Of a stretch of DNA of 39,620 bases, positions 6,334-15,183 are shown piece by piece. The notes below the pieces were generated by a model that saw only the letters and a list, made by a program, of their open reading frames with translations, had not been told where the DNA came from and did not search any database. Position numbers and translations under genes: made by a program. Origin of the DNA: a virus; the IMG/VR virus record IMGVR_UViG_3300045988_070014, positions 1 through 39,620 of that record. One strand, given 5' to 3'. Each line of letters opens with the position of its first letter. The first letter of the stretch is position 1.

Positions 6334-7689
6334 TTACACTACCTCTTCTTTAGATTCTTCTAACTTGAATTTATCTGCAATTTCCTCATCTATTAGTTGC
6401 TTTTCTAGTTTAATGTCATCTATCATAGGATGACTTCTTAAAGCAGTATCTAAACTCATTATAGAAGCACTAACAGAATTAATTATATTATTAATTACTT
6501 CCGTTTCATCTACTAACCTATTTCTAACGAAATTAATAGAATATTTCTCATTAGGTTTCTTGATATATTCTAAGTACAACTGAATTATATTATCGCAAAA
6601 ATCTAAGCAACCAGTTTCAAATTCGTCGGTCTTTAAATCTAAGTCCATCATATTAGCTTTTATAGCAACGTTAGTTAAACTACCACCTGCTAATATAGAA
6701 GTATCAAGTCCCATGGCATCAGAATAAATAGATTTATTTAGCATATTTAAAATAGTTTCTCTAGCTTGATACGGGACTTCTATAGTATGAGGAGTTGCGT
6801 CACCATCTTCGTCAACGTTTATCATTTTATACTGCTTTAAATCACTTAAAAAATCTCCCGCTTCTCCATTATAGTTTTTTAAAGCCCAGTAAATATCTTC
6901 ATTATCTTCAAAGTTATTAGAAAAATCAGAATAAACGATATCGTATAAGTCGATTTTCTGTTTCAAAGCAAATGTAAATCTTGATGTTCTTATATCATTT
7001 GCATATAAAGGGAATATCGGAAGTCTACTAAACCCTTCTTGCCCTACTTCTCTCTCCTCTATAGCGTCTTTAACGGTCTTGATAATGTAATTCTTCTTAG
7101 ATTCTGTTATTTCTATCTTGTTCTTATCACACTTATACTCTGTCTTTCCATCTTCTTCATACAGTTCTATCCACATAGGTTTATCTGTATCTATTTGCCA
7201 AAACCTTATCCCTGCTCTAACTTGACCAGTTCTTTCATCTTCTAGCGGTATAAATTCAGTTCCTCTCCATATATCAATATCAAATTGTCCTTTAGAGTTA
7301 ATAAAACAATAGCCCCAACCCACACCGTCAACAAGCGCAGCAGTTCCGCATCTTTTAAGTTTAATATCGAATTTCTTCCCTAAACCTTCTTTGACTTTTT
7401 CCTCTGTCATAAGCCCGTTTGCTAATAGATAACTAACTTCTTGCTTAATTATCTTAGGAAATAGCGTATTAGCGATTTTATTATTAGCCTTAAACTTATC
7501 TACTACTTGTCTCCCTAAACTATCATAAAGCCATTTAAGACGGTTTTTAATCTTTGTGTTCTCTTCTCTATAATATGCTTGTGCTTCTATAGCATTATTA
7601 TATTTACTCGTTCCTTTAAATTCCTGTATAGCTTGGAGGATAAAAGAAGCTTTATCCCCACTAGCTTGAAAGTCTTGGAATGTTTTCAT
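6334..7689 (-). CDS. Portal protein (SPP1 gp6-like)
   Basis: 451 aa, between terL and the MuF-like gene. Acidic C-terminus. Confidence 0.85.
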   Translation of the reverse strand: MKTFQDFQASGDKASFILQAIQEFKGTSKYNNAIEAQAYYREENTKIKNRLKWLYDSLGRQVVDKFKANNKIANTLFPKIIKQEVSYLLANGLMTEEKVKEGLGKKFDIKLKRCGTAALVDGVGWGYCFINSKGQFDIDIWRGTEFIPLEDERTGQVRAGIRFWQIDTDKPMWIELYEEDGKTEYKCDKNKIEITESKKNYIIKTVKDAIEEREVGQEGFSRLPIFPLYANDIRTSRFTFALKQKIDLYDIVYSDFSNNFEDNEDIYWALKNYNGEAGDFLSDLKQYKMINVDEDGDATPHTIEVPYQARETILNMLNKSIYSDAMGLDTSILAGGSLTNVAIKANMMDLDLKTDEFETGCLDFCDNIIQLYLEYIKKPNEKYSINFVRNRLVDETEVINNIINSVSASIMSLDTALRSHPMIDDIKLEKQLIDEEIADKFKLEESKEEVV

Positions 7690-7690
7690 T

Positions 7691-7837
7691 TTATTCCTCC
7701 TTATTTAAAGTATCATTTAATTTATCTACACTTTCTATAATTTTATCTAAATTATTAGTTTGATTATTTATAATATTTATAATATTTTTCAAACTTTCTT
7801 TTATTTCTTTTTGTGTTTCTTCTAAAGTTTTACTCAT
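7691..7837 (-). CDS. Small coiled-coil protein (48 aa)
   Basis: The ATG follows aaggagaattaaa. Sequence is MSKTLEETQKEIKESLKNIINIINNQTNNLDKIIESVDKLNDTLNKEE. It fills the terL-portal gap exactly. Confidence 0.45.
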   Translation of the reverse strand: MSKTLEETQKEIKESLKNIINIINNQTNNLDKIIESVDKLNDTLNKEE

Positions 7838-7838
7838 T

Positions 7839-8042
7839 TTAATTCTCCTTTTCTAGTTCTCTCTTTAAATAAAATATAGCCTTCTCTAAATCTTGCTTTT
7901 TATTCCCTTTATGTTCGCATCTAGCAATGTATTTTATAGCATTTCCTAAAGAAAAACCAAGCCCCCAGTCCTCTATAACATCTATAACCTCATATTTACC
8001 TTTATTATAATGACTTGGGTGGTTTACCATGTCTTTATTCAT
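7839..8042 (-). CDS. DUF3310-family protein
   Basis: The MVNHPSHYN..YEVIDVIE...GNAIKYIARCEHKG...DLEKAIFYL pattern is diagnostic of DUF3310. Confidence 0.8.
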   Translation of the reverse strand: MNKDMVNHPSHYNKGKYEVIDVIEDWGLGFSLGNAIKYIARCEHKGNKKQDLEKAIFYLKRELEKEN

Positions 8043-8053
8043 CTCAATACCTC

Positions 8054-9331
8054 CTAAAAAATTCTATTCGCACTAAAGCTACGTTTCTGTTTTCTTCTTG
8101 CTATATCCATTATAGCATACCTAACCGCGTCTATATAGTGGTCGTTTCCATCGGGATATTTACTTATAAACTGCCCATCTTTATTCATCTCATACTCATA
8201 CCCTATAAATTCCTTAGCGGCGTTTGGGGTTCTTTTCTTATCAATTACAATTTCATCTAACATCTGCAAAAATTTATAAGTGAAATCCCTACTATCAGGA
8301 CCTTTTTTAGCTTTTTGCATATTTAAGCCATACCCTCTCATTTCAGAGATAGATTTAGGGTCAGCACTATCTGCAACAATAGGTTTCTTATAGATATTTG
8401 GTTCTTTTTCCAGTATTTTATCAGTTAGCTTTTTATTGCTCAATCCCTGTTCGTATATTTCATCTATAATATAAAGCTTGTTGTTCTTATAATGGATTTT
8501 ACACCAAGTTGCAGGGTCTATACTAAATCCAAAGTCAACACCATACTCAAATTCCTCCATATTATTTATTTCCTCTTTTGTTATTTCTCTTATAATTACA
8601 TTATCAAATACATTTCCACCAGTTCCAGTTACTTCACCTAAATATTCATGCTTATACGCTTCTTCTTTTACGTTCTTTAGATGTTCAGCTTCTATTATGA
8701 ATTGTTGCCCTAACCAATCAGATGGAACAGTTAAATAGGTACTATGGTGGATAAACCTATCTTCTCTATCAATTAGTTGCTCTTCATTAACCCAGTTATT
8801 CTTAGATTTAGGAGGGTTAAAAGTATAAAACACCCAGTTATCACCATTCTTTCTTATAAAAGACTGTGTCATACTTCTTATCTCTTCCATGCCATTGAAC
8901 TGGTCTAACTCCTCATACCACACAATTCCTATTCTACCGAACGGAACGGTTATACCTTTAGCTTTCATAGGGTCGTCGCAACCTAAAAAGACAATTTCTT
9001 GATTAGTTGGAGTATAAACAATCTTCAAAGGAGATTTATAAACCTTAAAATAACCATTTAATCCTAAATCATTTATAGACCAAATCATCTGATTATAAAC
9101 AGAACCTTTTAATGTCTGCCCTACTTTTCTGACTATAACAGCGTGGCAATCACTATTAGCCATTATAAGAAGAGGAATAACCTTAGATACAAATGAACTT
9201 TTGGTACTTCCTCTCCCTCCTTTAAGCATATAATGGGTGTGATTATGCTCCATAACATCATAAAGTAAATCATCGAAGTTCGGTGCTATTTTCTCCAAAA
9301 AATTAATCTCTCTTGAATACAATGTTAACAC
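8054..9331 (-). CDS. terL: Terminase large subunit (PBSX-like family)
   Basis: 425 aa. Walker A-like KGGRGSTKS, then a C-terminal nuclease region ..DGNDHYIDAVRYA... The start is uncertain (GTG 9331 or TTG 9322). Confidence 0.9.
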   Translation of the reverse strand: MLTLYSREINFLEKIAPNFDDLLYDVMEHNHTHYMLKGGRGSTKSSFVSKVIPLLIMANSDCHAVIVRKVGQTLKGSVYNQMIWSINDLGLNGYFKVYKSPLKIVYTPTNQEIVFLGCDDPMKAKGITVPFGRIGIVWYEELDQFNGMEEIRSMTQSFIRKNGDNWVFYTFNPPKSKNNWVNEEQLIDREDRFIHHSTYLTVPSDWLGQQFIIEAEHLKNVKEEAYKHEYLGEVTGTGGNVFDNVIIREITKEEINNMEEFEYGVDFGFSIDPATWCKIHYKNNKLYIIDEIYEQGLSNKKLTDKILEKEPNIYKKPIVADSADPKSISEMRGYGLNMQKAKKGPDSRDFTYKFLQMLDEIVIDKKRTPNAAKEFIGYEYEMNKDGQFISKYPDGNDHYIDAVRYAIMDIARRKQKRSFSANRIF

Positions 9332-9650
9332 CCTCTACCTTTTGTTCTACTTCTTTTTTATCTGTCCAATCATAGTTATTTTTTAATGCAAATATAATAC
9401 CTGTTGTCGGTTGTCCTGAACTTTGTAATCTTTCTTCCGTATTCATTAGCACTCTTTCTTTAGCTCTTTTTACAGTGCCGAAATACGCTTCTTTTTTACC
9501 ATAGTTTATAAGGGTTTGTCTGTCTATTTCTAAGTAATACGCTAAACCGCTCATAGTCATAGGTTTTTCATTAATTTCACAATACTCAAAATACTCGTCT
9601 ATTCTTCTTTTTAACTCTTCTTCCGTTTTAAATAACAAAGGTCTTCCCAT
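9303..9650 (-). CDS. terS: Terminase small subunit
   Basis: 115 aa. MGRPLLFKTEEELKRRIDEYFEYCE..PMTMSGLAYYL.IDRQTL (HTH), immediately upstream of terL. Confidence 0.8.
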   Translation of the reverse strand: MGRPLLFKTEEELKRRIDEYFEYCEINEKPMTMSGLAYYLEIDRQTLINYGKKEAYFGTVKRAKERVLMNTEERLQSSGQPTTGIIFALKNNYDWTDKKEVEQKVEGVNIVFKRD

Positions 9651-9676
9651 ACCTCTACACCTCGCTTTCTATCTAT

Positions 9677-9685
9677 ATTATACCA
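9677..9685 (-). promoter_or_regulatory. Extended -10 promoter (TGGTATAAT) for the packaging/head operon
   Basis: The minus strand reads aaataTGGTATAATat between the terminator and terS. Confidence 0.4.
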
Positions 9686-9695
9686 TATTTACACA

Positions 9696-9721
9696 ATAAA
9701 AATACACCTCTTTCGAGGTGT
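9696..9721 (-). terminator. Rho-independent terminator ending the early region
   Basis: Minus strand ACACCUC-GAAA-GAGGUGU followed by AUUUUUAUU. Confidence 0.8.
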
Positions 9722-9727
9722 AAATTG

Positions 9728-10324
9728 TTAGTCGTTTATATACCATTTTCCTTGGATTTCATACCCATAAAATAATTTATATTCTACATCTTCTTCTGTT
9801 GTGTTATATATATCTCCACTCTCACAACTCTCTATTTCTTTCCCTTCCTCAAAAGCTTTAAACGCTTCTTGGAATGTGTATTGTGGTCTTTTAAGCTTAT
9901 AAAGAGTTTTATCAAAGATTACCCCCGCTTCTTTTAAAGTGAAATCCATTTTCCCGTTCCAAGAATTATATAGTTTAAGCTGACCGTTTTTTAATTCTAT
10001 CCTATTTGATATATATTCGTCATCTACTCTTTCCCAAACTTCTCCCTCTTTTATATTAGCGATTACTTCTCTAAAAGTTAATTCTTTCATATTAACACTC
10101 ACTTCTTTTTCGATTATTTCAAACATTTCTTCTGTCCACATCCAACCGTCTTCATCTATATCTATAACATAAGATAAACAATCATACACCTCTACAATTG
10201 TTGCTATCCTACCTTTAAGTGATTCCATATAGCCACCGCAAAACATTTCTCCTCCATAATTACTACCAACAATTAAATCTTCTCTAACTCTAACTTTATC
10301 TCCAACTTTTAACATTCTTACCAC
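9728..10324 (-). CDS. Hypothetical two-domain protein
   Basis: 198-aa ORF. The likely ATG is 10315 (MLKVGDK) after gaggtgg. Confidence 0.6.
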   Translation of the reverse strand: MVRMLKVGDKVRVREDLIVGSNYGGEMFCGGYMESLKGRIATIVEVYDCLSYVIDIDEDGWMWTEEMFEIIEKEVSVNMKELTFREVIANIKEGEVWERVDDEYISNRIELKNGQLKLYNSWNGKMDFTLKEAGVIFDKTLYKLKRPQYTFQEAFKAFEEGKEIESCESGDIYNTTEEDVEYKLFYGYEIQGKWYIND

Positions 10325-10437
10325 CTCTTAGTATCCTTCTCTTTCAACAATTCTTTCTTACCTTTTAACAAGGTTTCCTTATGTCCTTTTCTCTCATTTA
10401 TAGCATATTGTTGTTTTATAGCATTTGCTAAATCCAT
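10318..10437 (-). CDS. Small basic protein (39 aa), tentative
   Basis: TAATG coupling to the upstream ORF. Sequence is MDLANAIKQQYAINERKGHKETLLKGKKELLKEKDTKRW. Confidence 0.35.
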   Translation of the reverse strand: MDLANAIKQQYAINERKGHKETLLKGKKELLKEKDTKRW

Positions 10438-10652
10438 TACTTACCCTCCCATAACTTAATACTTTCGATTCTCTCTATAGGAACTACTATTTCCCCTTCT
10501 TCATCTTCCATCTTAATTCTATAATCGTGTATTTCTAGGATTCTCCCTTTTATCTCTGACATTCCAGTGTTCAAAATTACAAAATCACCATCTTGGAAAT
10601 AAAATCCGTTTTCTCCTACTAAATAATTGATGCTTACTTTTCTAATTGACAT
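10437..10652 (-). CDS. Hypothetical protein (71 aa)
   Basis: The ORF abuts the MazG-like stop. Beta-rich sequence. Confidence 0.55.
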   Translation of the reverse strand: MSIRKVSINYLVGENGFYFQDGDFVILNTGMSEIKGRILEIHDYRIKMEDEEGEIVVPIERIESIKLWEGK

Positions 10653-10988
10653 TTATTTCTCCTCCCAAAACTTTTCTATCTCATATTGATTTATTTTTCT
10701 CGCTTTTTCTCTCTCGATTCTTTCAAGCTGCCTTACTATCTTAGCTTCTTTTATAAACTCTAAATGATTTAATTCTGAATCTGTCATGAACAATTTTAAC
10801 TGCTCTAGCATAATTTCAACATCTGCAATCTCCTCAACGAAGTTCTCTTGAAAATGCAAGTCGTTTCTTACTGTCTTAGATATAGCGAGTATTAGCTCTG
10901 CTAACTCTTCTTGCGTTTGTCTTAATTGCGGTTCTTTGCCATAATAGTTGGCAATTTGAATTAATTTTGATTCTCTATTCATGTTCAA
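10653..10988 (-). CDS. MazG-like nucleotide pyrophosphohydrolase
   Basis: 111 aa. QLRQTQEELAELILAISK...EEIADVEIMLEQL matches the MazG EExxE/EExAD helices. Confidence 0.75.
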   Translation of the reverse strand: MNMNRESKLIQIANYYGKEPQLRQTQEELAELILAISKTVRNDLHFQENFVEEIADVEIMLEQLKLFMTDSELNHLEFIKEAKIVRQLERIEREKARKINQYEIEKFWEEK

Positions 10989-11013
10989 CCCCCCAAAACT
11001 TATTTATAATTCA

Positions 11014-11041
11014 ATTATAACATACTTAATTATATTGTCAA
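11014..11041 (-). promoter_or_regulatory. Conserved-family sigma-A promoter
   Basis: Minus strand TTGACAatataattaagtatgtTATAAT. Confidence 0.7.
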
Positions 11042-11048
11042 TAGTTAT

Positions 11049-11432
11049 TTATTCATCTTCTAAAATTATTTTTGCAACCTTATACCCTTGCCTGTTTTTA
11101 ACATCTTTATCAATTAAATTCTTTGTTGAGCTATCCCGACAACCTAAAAATGCTGATGTTTCTTTTATAGTATCAAACAGTTGTATAATAGGCTCACCCT
11201 CTACATTGCAATCATACACCGCATAACAAACTTTCCTTTGCATTCTAGGTCTTTTCTGTTTTCCCTCTTCAAATTCTATAAATTTCAAATTGCTTCTTTT
11301 GTTTCTTTTATTGCTCTTTATTTGTTTTGATATCATCTTATGATTTATATTCATTAATCTGCCTAAAGCTCGTTGAGAATCCGCTATCGCTATAGGTAAA
11401 CCAAACACATCTTTGTTAAACGCTAGTACCAT
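11049..11432 (-). CDS. DNA-binding protein with two NUMOD1-like modules (nuclease-less homing-endonuclease relative?)
   Basis: 127 aa. Two repeats of the F.S...A...LG.....I motif (FGLPIAIADSQRALGRLMNINHKMISKQI and QLFDTIKETSAFLGCRDSSTKNLIDK...GYKV). No catalytic motif. Confidence 0.4.
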   Translation of the reverse strand: MVLAFNKDVFGLPIAIADSQRALGRLMNINHKMISKQIKSNKRNKRSNLKFIEFEEGKQKRPRMQRKVCYAVYDCNVEGEPIIQLFDTIKETSAFLGCRDSSTKNLIDKDVKNRQGYKVAKIILEDE

Positions 11433-12400
11433 TATTTAATCCTCCTAATCCATTCTTCCGGAATACTTAAATTATATTCTTGCGCTAATATAAACGCCAA
11501 TTTAGAAAAATTAGTAATTCCATAGACTTTTTTAGCGACTGATATTAAATTACCAGTTCCGCAATGTGTAAAGCAAGTGTAAATACCTTTTTCATCATTT
11601 ATAACTAAAGCTCCTTTATTATCTCCACCATGCAAAACACATCTACCAATATAATTACCATTCATATACTTAAATTCCCCGCCTAGATGTTTTTGTATGA
11701 AGTCTTTTAAGCTTATAGATGATATTAGTCTATTTAAACACTCTTCTTTATATTGCGGCTTAATATAATCCTCACCGTCATATTGAGTATATCCTTTTTC
11801 AATAACTTTTTGCTTAGCTTTGTTATCCCTTTTTAGTTTAGATTGATAAGCATTTATAAGTTTTACAATTAATGTACAACTTATAGGAATATCATTCTCT
11901 CTGTAAGTTACTTCTTTATTTGTCCCAGCCCATATGCGATTCGCGTTACTTGTAGCTTGGTCTAAATATTTATTAAATTTCCATTGTAGAGCCTTATACA
12001 ACAACTTATAAGTTTCTACATCAATAGGACTTTCCAATCTATAAATCAATCTGAATTTAGTGTAATTAGTATCACTAAAAGTTGGGTATTCTATTACAGG
12101 GTAAACACCTAGTTTTTTATTTACTAATGCAACCATTTCAAATAATGTAATCTCATTTTCTTTGCTATCTACATCTAAAGCAATACACTCTAAACAATTA
12201 ATGCTGCTTTCAAATATATCTTTACTATCTTCTTGAAATTCTGCTAATAAAACAGAATGACCTCTTTTTAAATATTCTTTTATTTCTCTATAATCAACGT
12301 ATATACAAGGGTAATTTTTCATACCCATTGTAATATCTATCATATCAGTTGCGGTTGGTTTAACTTTATAACCTTTCTGACTTACTTTAATTTTAATCAT
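11432..12400 (-). CDS. DNA primase with a C-terminal CHC2 zinc finger
   Basis: 322 aa. CVLHGGDNKGALVINDEKGIYTCFTHCGTGN matches the DnaG-type CxxH..CFxxCG finger. The N-terminal domain has an acidic ALDVDSKE motif (primase-polymerase-like). Confidence 0.7.
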   Translation of the reverse strand: MIKIKVSQKGYKVKPTATDMIDITMGMKNYPCIYVDYREIKEYLKRGHSVLLAEFQEDSKDIFESSINCLECIALDVDSKENEITLFEMVALVNKKLGVYPVIEYPTFSDTNYTKFRLIYRLESPIDVETYKLLYKALQWKFNKYLDQATSNANRIWAGTNKEVTYRENDIPISCTLIVKLINAYQSKLKRDNKAKQKVIEKGYTQYDGEDYIKPQYKEECLNRLISSISLKDFIQKHLGGEFKYMNGNYIGRCVLHGGDNKGALVINDEKGIYTCFTHCGTGNLISVAKKVYGITNFSKLAFILAQEYNLSIPEEWIRRIK

Positions 12401-12401
12401 A

Positions 12402-12863
12402 TTATCTAACCTCCACTAACTCAAATCTATCTTTAAACTTGTTATATATCTCGTCCCACTCTTCTTGAGATATACCACCACAGATATACTTCTCTTCCAA
12501 GTTATAAAGGCATTGTCTTAGGTATATGTCATTGTGCCAAGCTTCAAAAATATTTTTATTGCAATTCCATTCTTCGAAAGGTTTGTCGCTCATAACATCA
12601 CAAAAGAAGTATAATTCATCCAATTTACTTATACTATACTTATAATTCCTTCTTTCAAATTCATCAAGTAATTCGATAGCAAAAAGATAAAACTCGCTAA
12701 AATCATAATCCATAACCTTATTAACTAAAACATGGTTTGGAGTTCCTTTCTTTTCTATCGCTCCCTTTATAGCCAATATTTCTCTCCACTGCGCCACCAG
12801 TTGTTGTTTAGGTAATACTTCGATTAATTCTTTGTGCCAAATTCTCATTTTATCAACCTCCAA
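12402..12863 (-). CDS. TIGR02328-like / T4 endonuclease V-like protein (tentative)
   Basis: MRIWHKELIEVLPKQQLVAQWREILAI resembles the MRLWH..LI..LP.QQLLGQHRE family. The likely start is 12848 after ggagg. Confidence 0.45.
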   Translation of the reverse strand: MEVDKMRIWHKELIEVLPKQQLVAQWREILAIKGAIEKKGTPNHVLVNKVMDYDFSEFYLFAIELLDEFERRNYKYSISKLDELYFFCDVMSDKPFEEWNCNKNIFEAWHNDIYLRQCLYNLEEKYICGGISQEEWDEIYNKFKDRFELVEVR

Positions 12864-12880
12864 AACGAATTTACAAGTTA

Positions 12881-12909
12881 ATTATATAATCACTTAATTA
12901 TCTTGTCAA
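12881..12909 (-). promoter_or_regulatory. Conserved-family sigma-A promoter
   Basis: Minus strand TTGACAagataattaagtgattaTATAAT. Confidence 0.7.
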
Positions 12910-12933
12910 CAATTTTATTAAAAAGACTAGATT

Positions 12934-13260
12934 TTACTCTAGTCTATAAACTTTATTTATTTTTTCCCAAGTATTTCTCCTAACTCTTTTATCTCTTATT
13001 TCTACACCTAAATAAGTGTGATATGGTATTCCTATAAGTTTAGAAGCTTCCTCAATAGTTAAACCCAACTCTTTGCGTTTAGCTTTTATCTTTTCTCTAT
13101 CTATAAAAACATCTTTCATAGTCTTTCTTGATTTTTCTCTAGCTTTTTCCTTTAAACATTCTTTACACATAGACCTATAACCATCTTTCCCTTGTGGGTG
13201 GTGATAGAAATTAGTTTCTATATCTTCGAATGTTCTGTTGCAATTAGTACAAGTTTTCAT
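12934..13260 (-). CDS. Zinc-ribbon plus HTH DNA-binding protein
   Basis: 108 aa. CxxC...CxxC at the N-terminus, and KELGLTIEEASKLIGIPYHTYLGVE (XRE-like HTH). Confidence 0.55.
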   Translation of the reverse strand: MKTCTNCNRTFEDIETNFYHHPQGKDGYRSMCKECLKEKAREKSRKTMKDVFIDREKIKAKRKELGLTIEEASKLIGIPYHTYLGVEIRDKRVRRNTWEKINKVYRLE

Positions 13261-13489
13261 TTTTAACCATTCCCATTCTCTCTAAACACTCAATAAATTT
13301 CATAGCATATTCATCAGCGGAAAGTTTATTTTTGAAATCTTCATTGAAAGTTATGCCATCTTTATCTATTCTTAGCAACCATTCTTCTTCTAAACAAAAA
13401 TTAAAACAATTAGGTTTAACTAAATTAGCATCTAATTGTCCTAATTTAAAACCACTTATAGGAATAATCACTTCTTTATCATTATACAT
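13244..13489 (-). CDS. Hypothetical protein (81 aa)
   Basis: ORF with RBS ggaggtg, packed between SSB and the HTH gene. Confidence 0.55.
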   Translation of the reverse strand: MYNDKEVIIPISGFKLGQLDANLVKPNCFNFCLEEEWLLRIDKDGITFNEDFKNKLSADEYAMKFIECLERMGMVKNENLY

Positions 13490-13500
13490 CTAAACACCTC

Positions 13501-13872
13501 CTAAAATGGAACATATCCATCTTCAACCCTATTCATTTCTTCTTCAAACTCATTTGCTTTATTCTCTTGTTTATTGTTGTTGCTTATAAAATCAAAACTT
13601 TCAACAACTACGTCAGTAGTATATCTTTTAGTCCCGTCTTGAGCTTCATAACTTCCAGTTCTTATATTTCCGCTTATAGCAATTTGAGAACCTTTAGAGA
13701 AATATTGATTTATTATATCAGCAGTTTTACCAAATGCTATACAATTTATAAAATCAACTTCATCTCTTTTGAATTTTCTATTTACTGCTAACGTAAATCT
13801 AGCAATATTAGTATTACCTGTTCTATAATCTACATCTTTGCTTAAACGTCCTAATAAGTTAACTTGATTCAT
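13501..13872 (-). CDS. ssb: Single-stranded DNA-binding protein
   Basis: 123 aa. OB-fold pattern MNQVNLLGRLSKDVDYR...RFTLAVNR...DFINCIAFGKTA with an acidic tail ending DGYVPF. Confidence 0.9.
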   Translation of the reverse strand: MNQVNLLGRLSKDVDYRTGNTNIARFTLAVNRKFKRDEVDFINCIAFGKTADIINQYFSKGSQIAISGNIRTGSYEAQDGTKRYTTDVVVESFDFISNNNKQENKANEFEEEMNRVEDGYVPF

Positions 13873-14021
13873 TATTCTTCCCCTCTTTCTATCGCTATTC
13901 CGTAATCTATATAATCGTAATCCGCATCAAAATCAACACTCAAATATCTCATCGGGTTTTCTAATAAATCCTCTTCCCCTCCAATTATATCAACTTTCAA
14001 ATATATAGTTTTCTTTTCCAT
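13872..14021 (-). CDS. Small acidic protein (49 aa)
   Basis: RBS aaggaggt then ATG. Sequence is MEKKTIYLKVDIIGGEEDLLENPMRYLSVDFDADYDYIDYGIAIERGEE. Its TAA overlaps the ssb ATG. Confidence 0.5.
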   Translation of the reverse strand: MEKKTIYLKVDIIGGEEDLLENPMRYLSVDFDADYDYIDYGIAIERGEE

Positions 14022-14127
14022 TCTATTACCTCCTTAGTTGGAAAAGTGAGGCGTACAAGATATAGGCGAAATTTTAATTTATAACACCATAAACTCACTC
14101 AACCAACTTAAATTTATTTACAATTTA

Positions 14128-14156
14128 ATTATATACTTATTTAATTGTTTTGTCAA
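14128..14156 (-). promoter_or_regulatory. Conserved-family sigma-A promoter
   Basis: Minus strand TTGACAaaacaattaaataagtaTATAAT, abutting the upstream stop codon. Confidence 0.65.
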
Positions 14157-14786
14157 CTATTTCAAACACAATTCTTTAAAATAAGGTAAAGTTTCAATCC
14201 ATTCACAGAACTCTCTCCACTCTGGCAATCTATGATTCTTTCTTTGTGAATAGACTGTTTTTAATGCTCTGTAATTAGTTGTAAGCCTAGCAGTTAATTG
14301 AAAACCAGAAGGGTTGCTATATAAAAGTTTTAAATAATCCTCTTTATCTCCGGTTTTGTTATATCTATCTTTCAATTCTTCCATTATATCAATTATTCTT
14401 TCGTCTACATACTCGTTAAATTGTTGCTTTAAATCAAATTTGCTTATTCTGTGCATAGTAGATTGAGAACTAACAAAATCTATAAATCTATATCTTTCTA
14501 ATTCAACCCACGCTTTATTGGTAAAAGTTAAATCGAACGCAACTCTTATACCTGTTAAGAATTGGTCGTGTCCTTCTCCTTTTTCTGTTGTTCCTAGTTT
14601 TTTCGCTACATCAAAACGTTTATTAGCATTGATAATATCTTCCTCAACTTCCCATGGTGCGTGATTTAAACAATCCATAAAATAACAAGCTTCCATTCTC
14701 ATATCTTCAATATTTATTCTCATAGGATAACCACTTGCTATTATACTTTCCTCTAAATCATAAACTTTTATATTGTCTACTTTCAT
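14157..14786 (-). CDS. ThyX-like (flavin-dependent thymidylate synthase fold) protein, divergent
   Basis: 209 aa. GEGHDQFLTGIRVAFDL, ELERYRFIDFVSSQS (RHR replaced by RYR) and TTNYRALKTVYSQR..HRLPEWREF are colinear with ThyX motifs. Confidence 0.6.
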   Translation of the reverse strand: MKVDNIKVYDLEESIIASGYPMRINIEDMRMEACYFMDCLNHAPWEVEEDIINANKRFDVAKKLGTTEKGEGHDQFLTGIRVAFDLTFTNKAWVELERYRFIDFVSSQSTMHRISKFDLKQQFNEYVDERIIDIMEELKDRYNKTGDKEDYLKLLYSNPSGFQLTARLTTNYRALKTVYSQRKNHRLPEWREFCEWIETLPYFKELCLK

Positions 14787-15019
14787 TATTTATTATCTCC
14801 TTTATACTCTAAATATTTTTCAACTATATTAATATCTACAGATATACTATTTTGTTCTAATATTTCTCTAAGTAATTTGATCTCTAATAAATATCGAGTT
14901 TGTTTTTCTTTTTTTATCTCCAATTGTTTTTTTAAAAAAACAACCCTTTCTTTCAATTCTTTGCATTGTCCTTTATAAAAGGCAACGCTCATTTTTAAAG
15001 CATTGATTTCATTCATCAT
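14786..15019 (-). CDS. Hypothetical coiled-coil protein (77 aa)
   Basis: The ORF is translationally coupled on both sides. Confidence 0.55.
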   Translation of the reverse strand: MMNEINALKMSVAFYKGQCKELKERVVFLKKQLEIKKEKQTRYLLEIKLLREILEQNSISVDINIVEKYLEYKGDNK

Positions 15020-15183
15020 TTTCTTTCCCCTTTCAATTCCTTAATTATAATTGCAGTAGCAATCCCTCCAACTGTAACACCTATTAAAATAGGTTTTGCT
15101 AAGATGCTACTATTTGGATAAGCTATCAATCCCATTAAAGCTATCCCCATACTTGTTATTAAGCACGCTTTACTATCACTCAT
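15016..15183 (-). CDS. Small membrane protein (55 aa)
   Basis: MSDSKACLITSMGIALMGLIAYPNSSILAKPILIGVTVGGIATAIIIKELKGERK has two TM segments. ATGA/ATG overlaps with both neighbours. Confidence 0.5.
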   Translation of the reverse strand: MSDSKACLITSMGIALMGLIAYPNSSILAKPILIGVTVGGIATAIIIKELKGERK

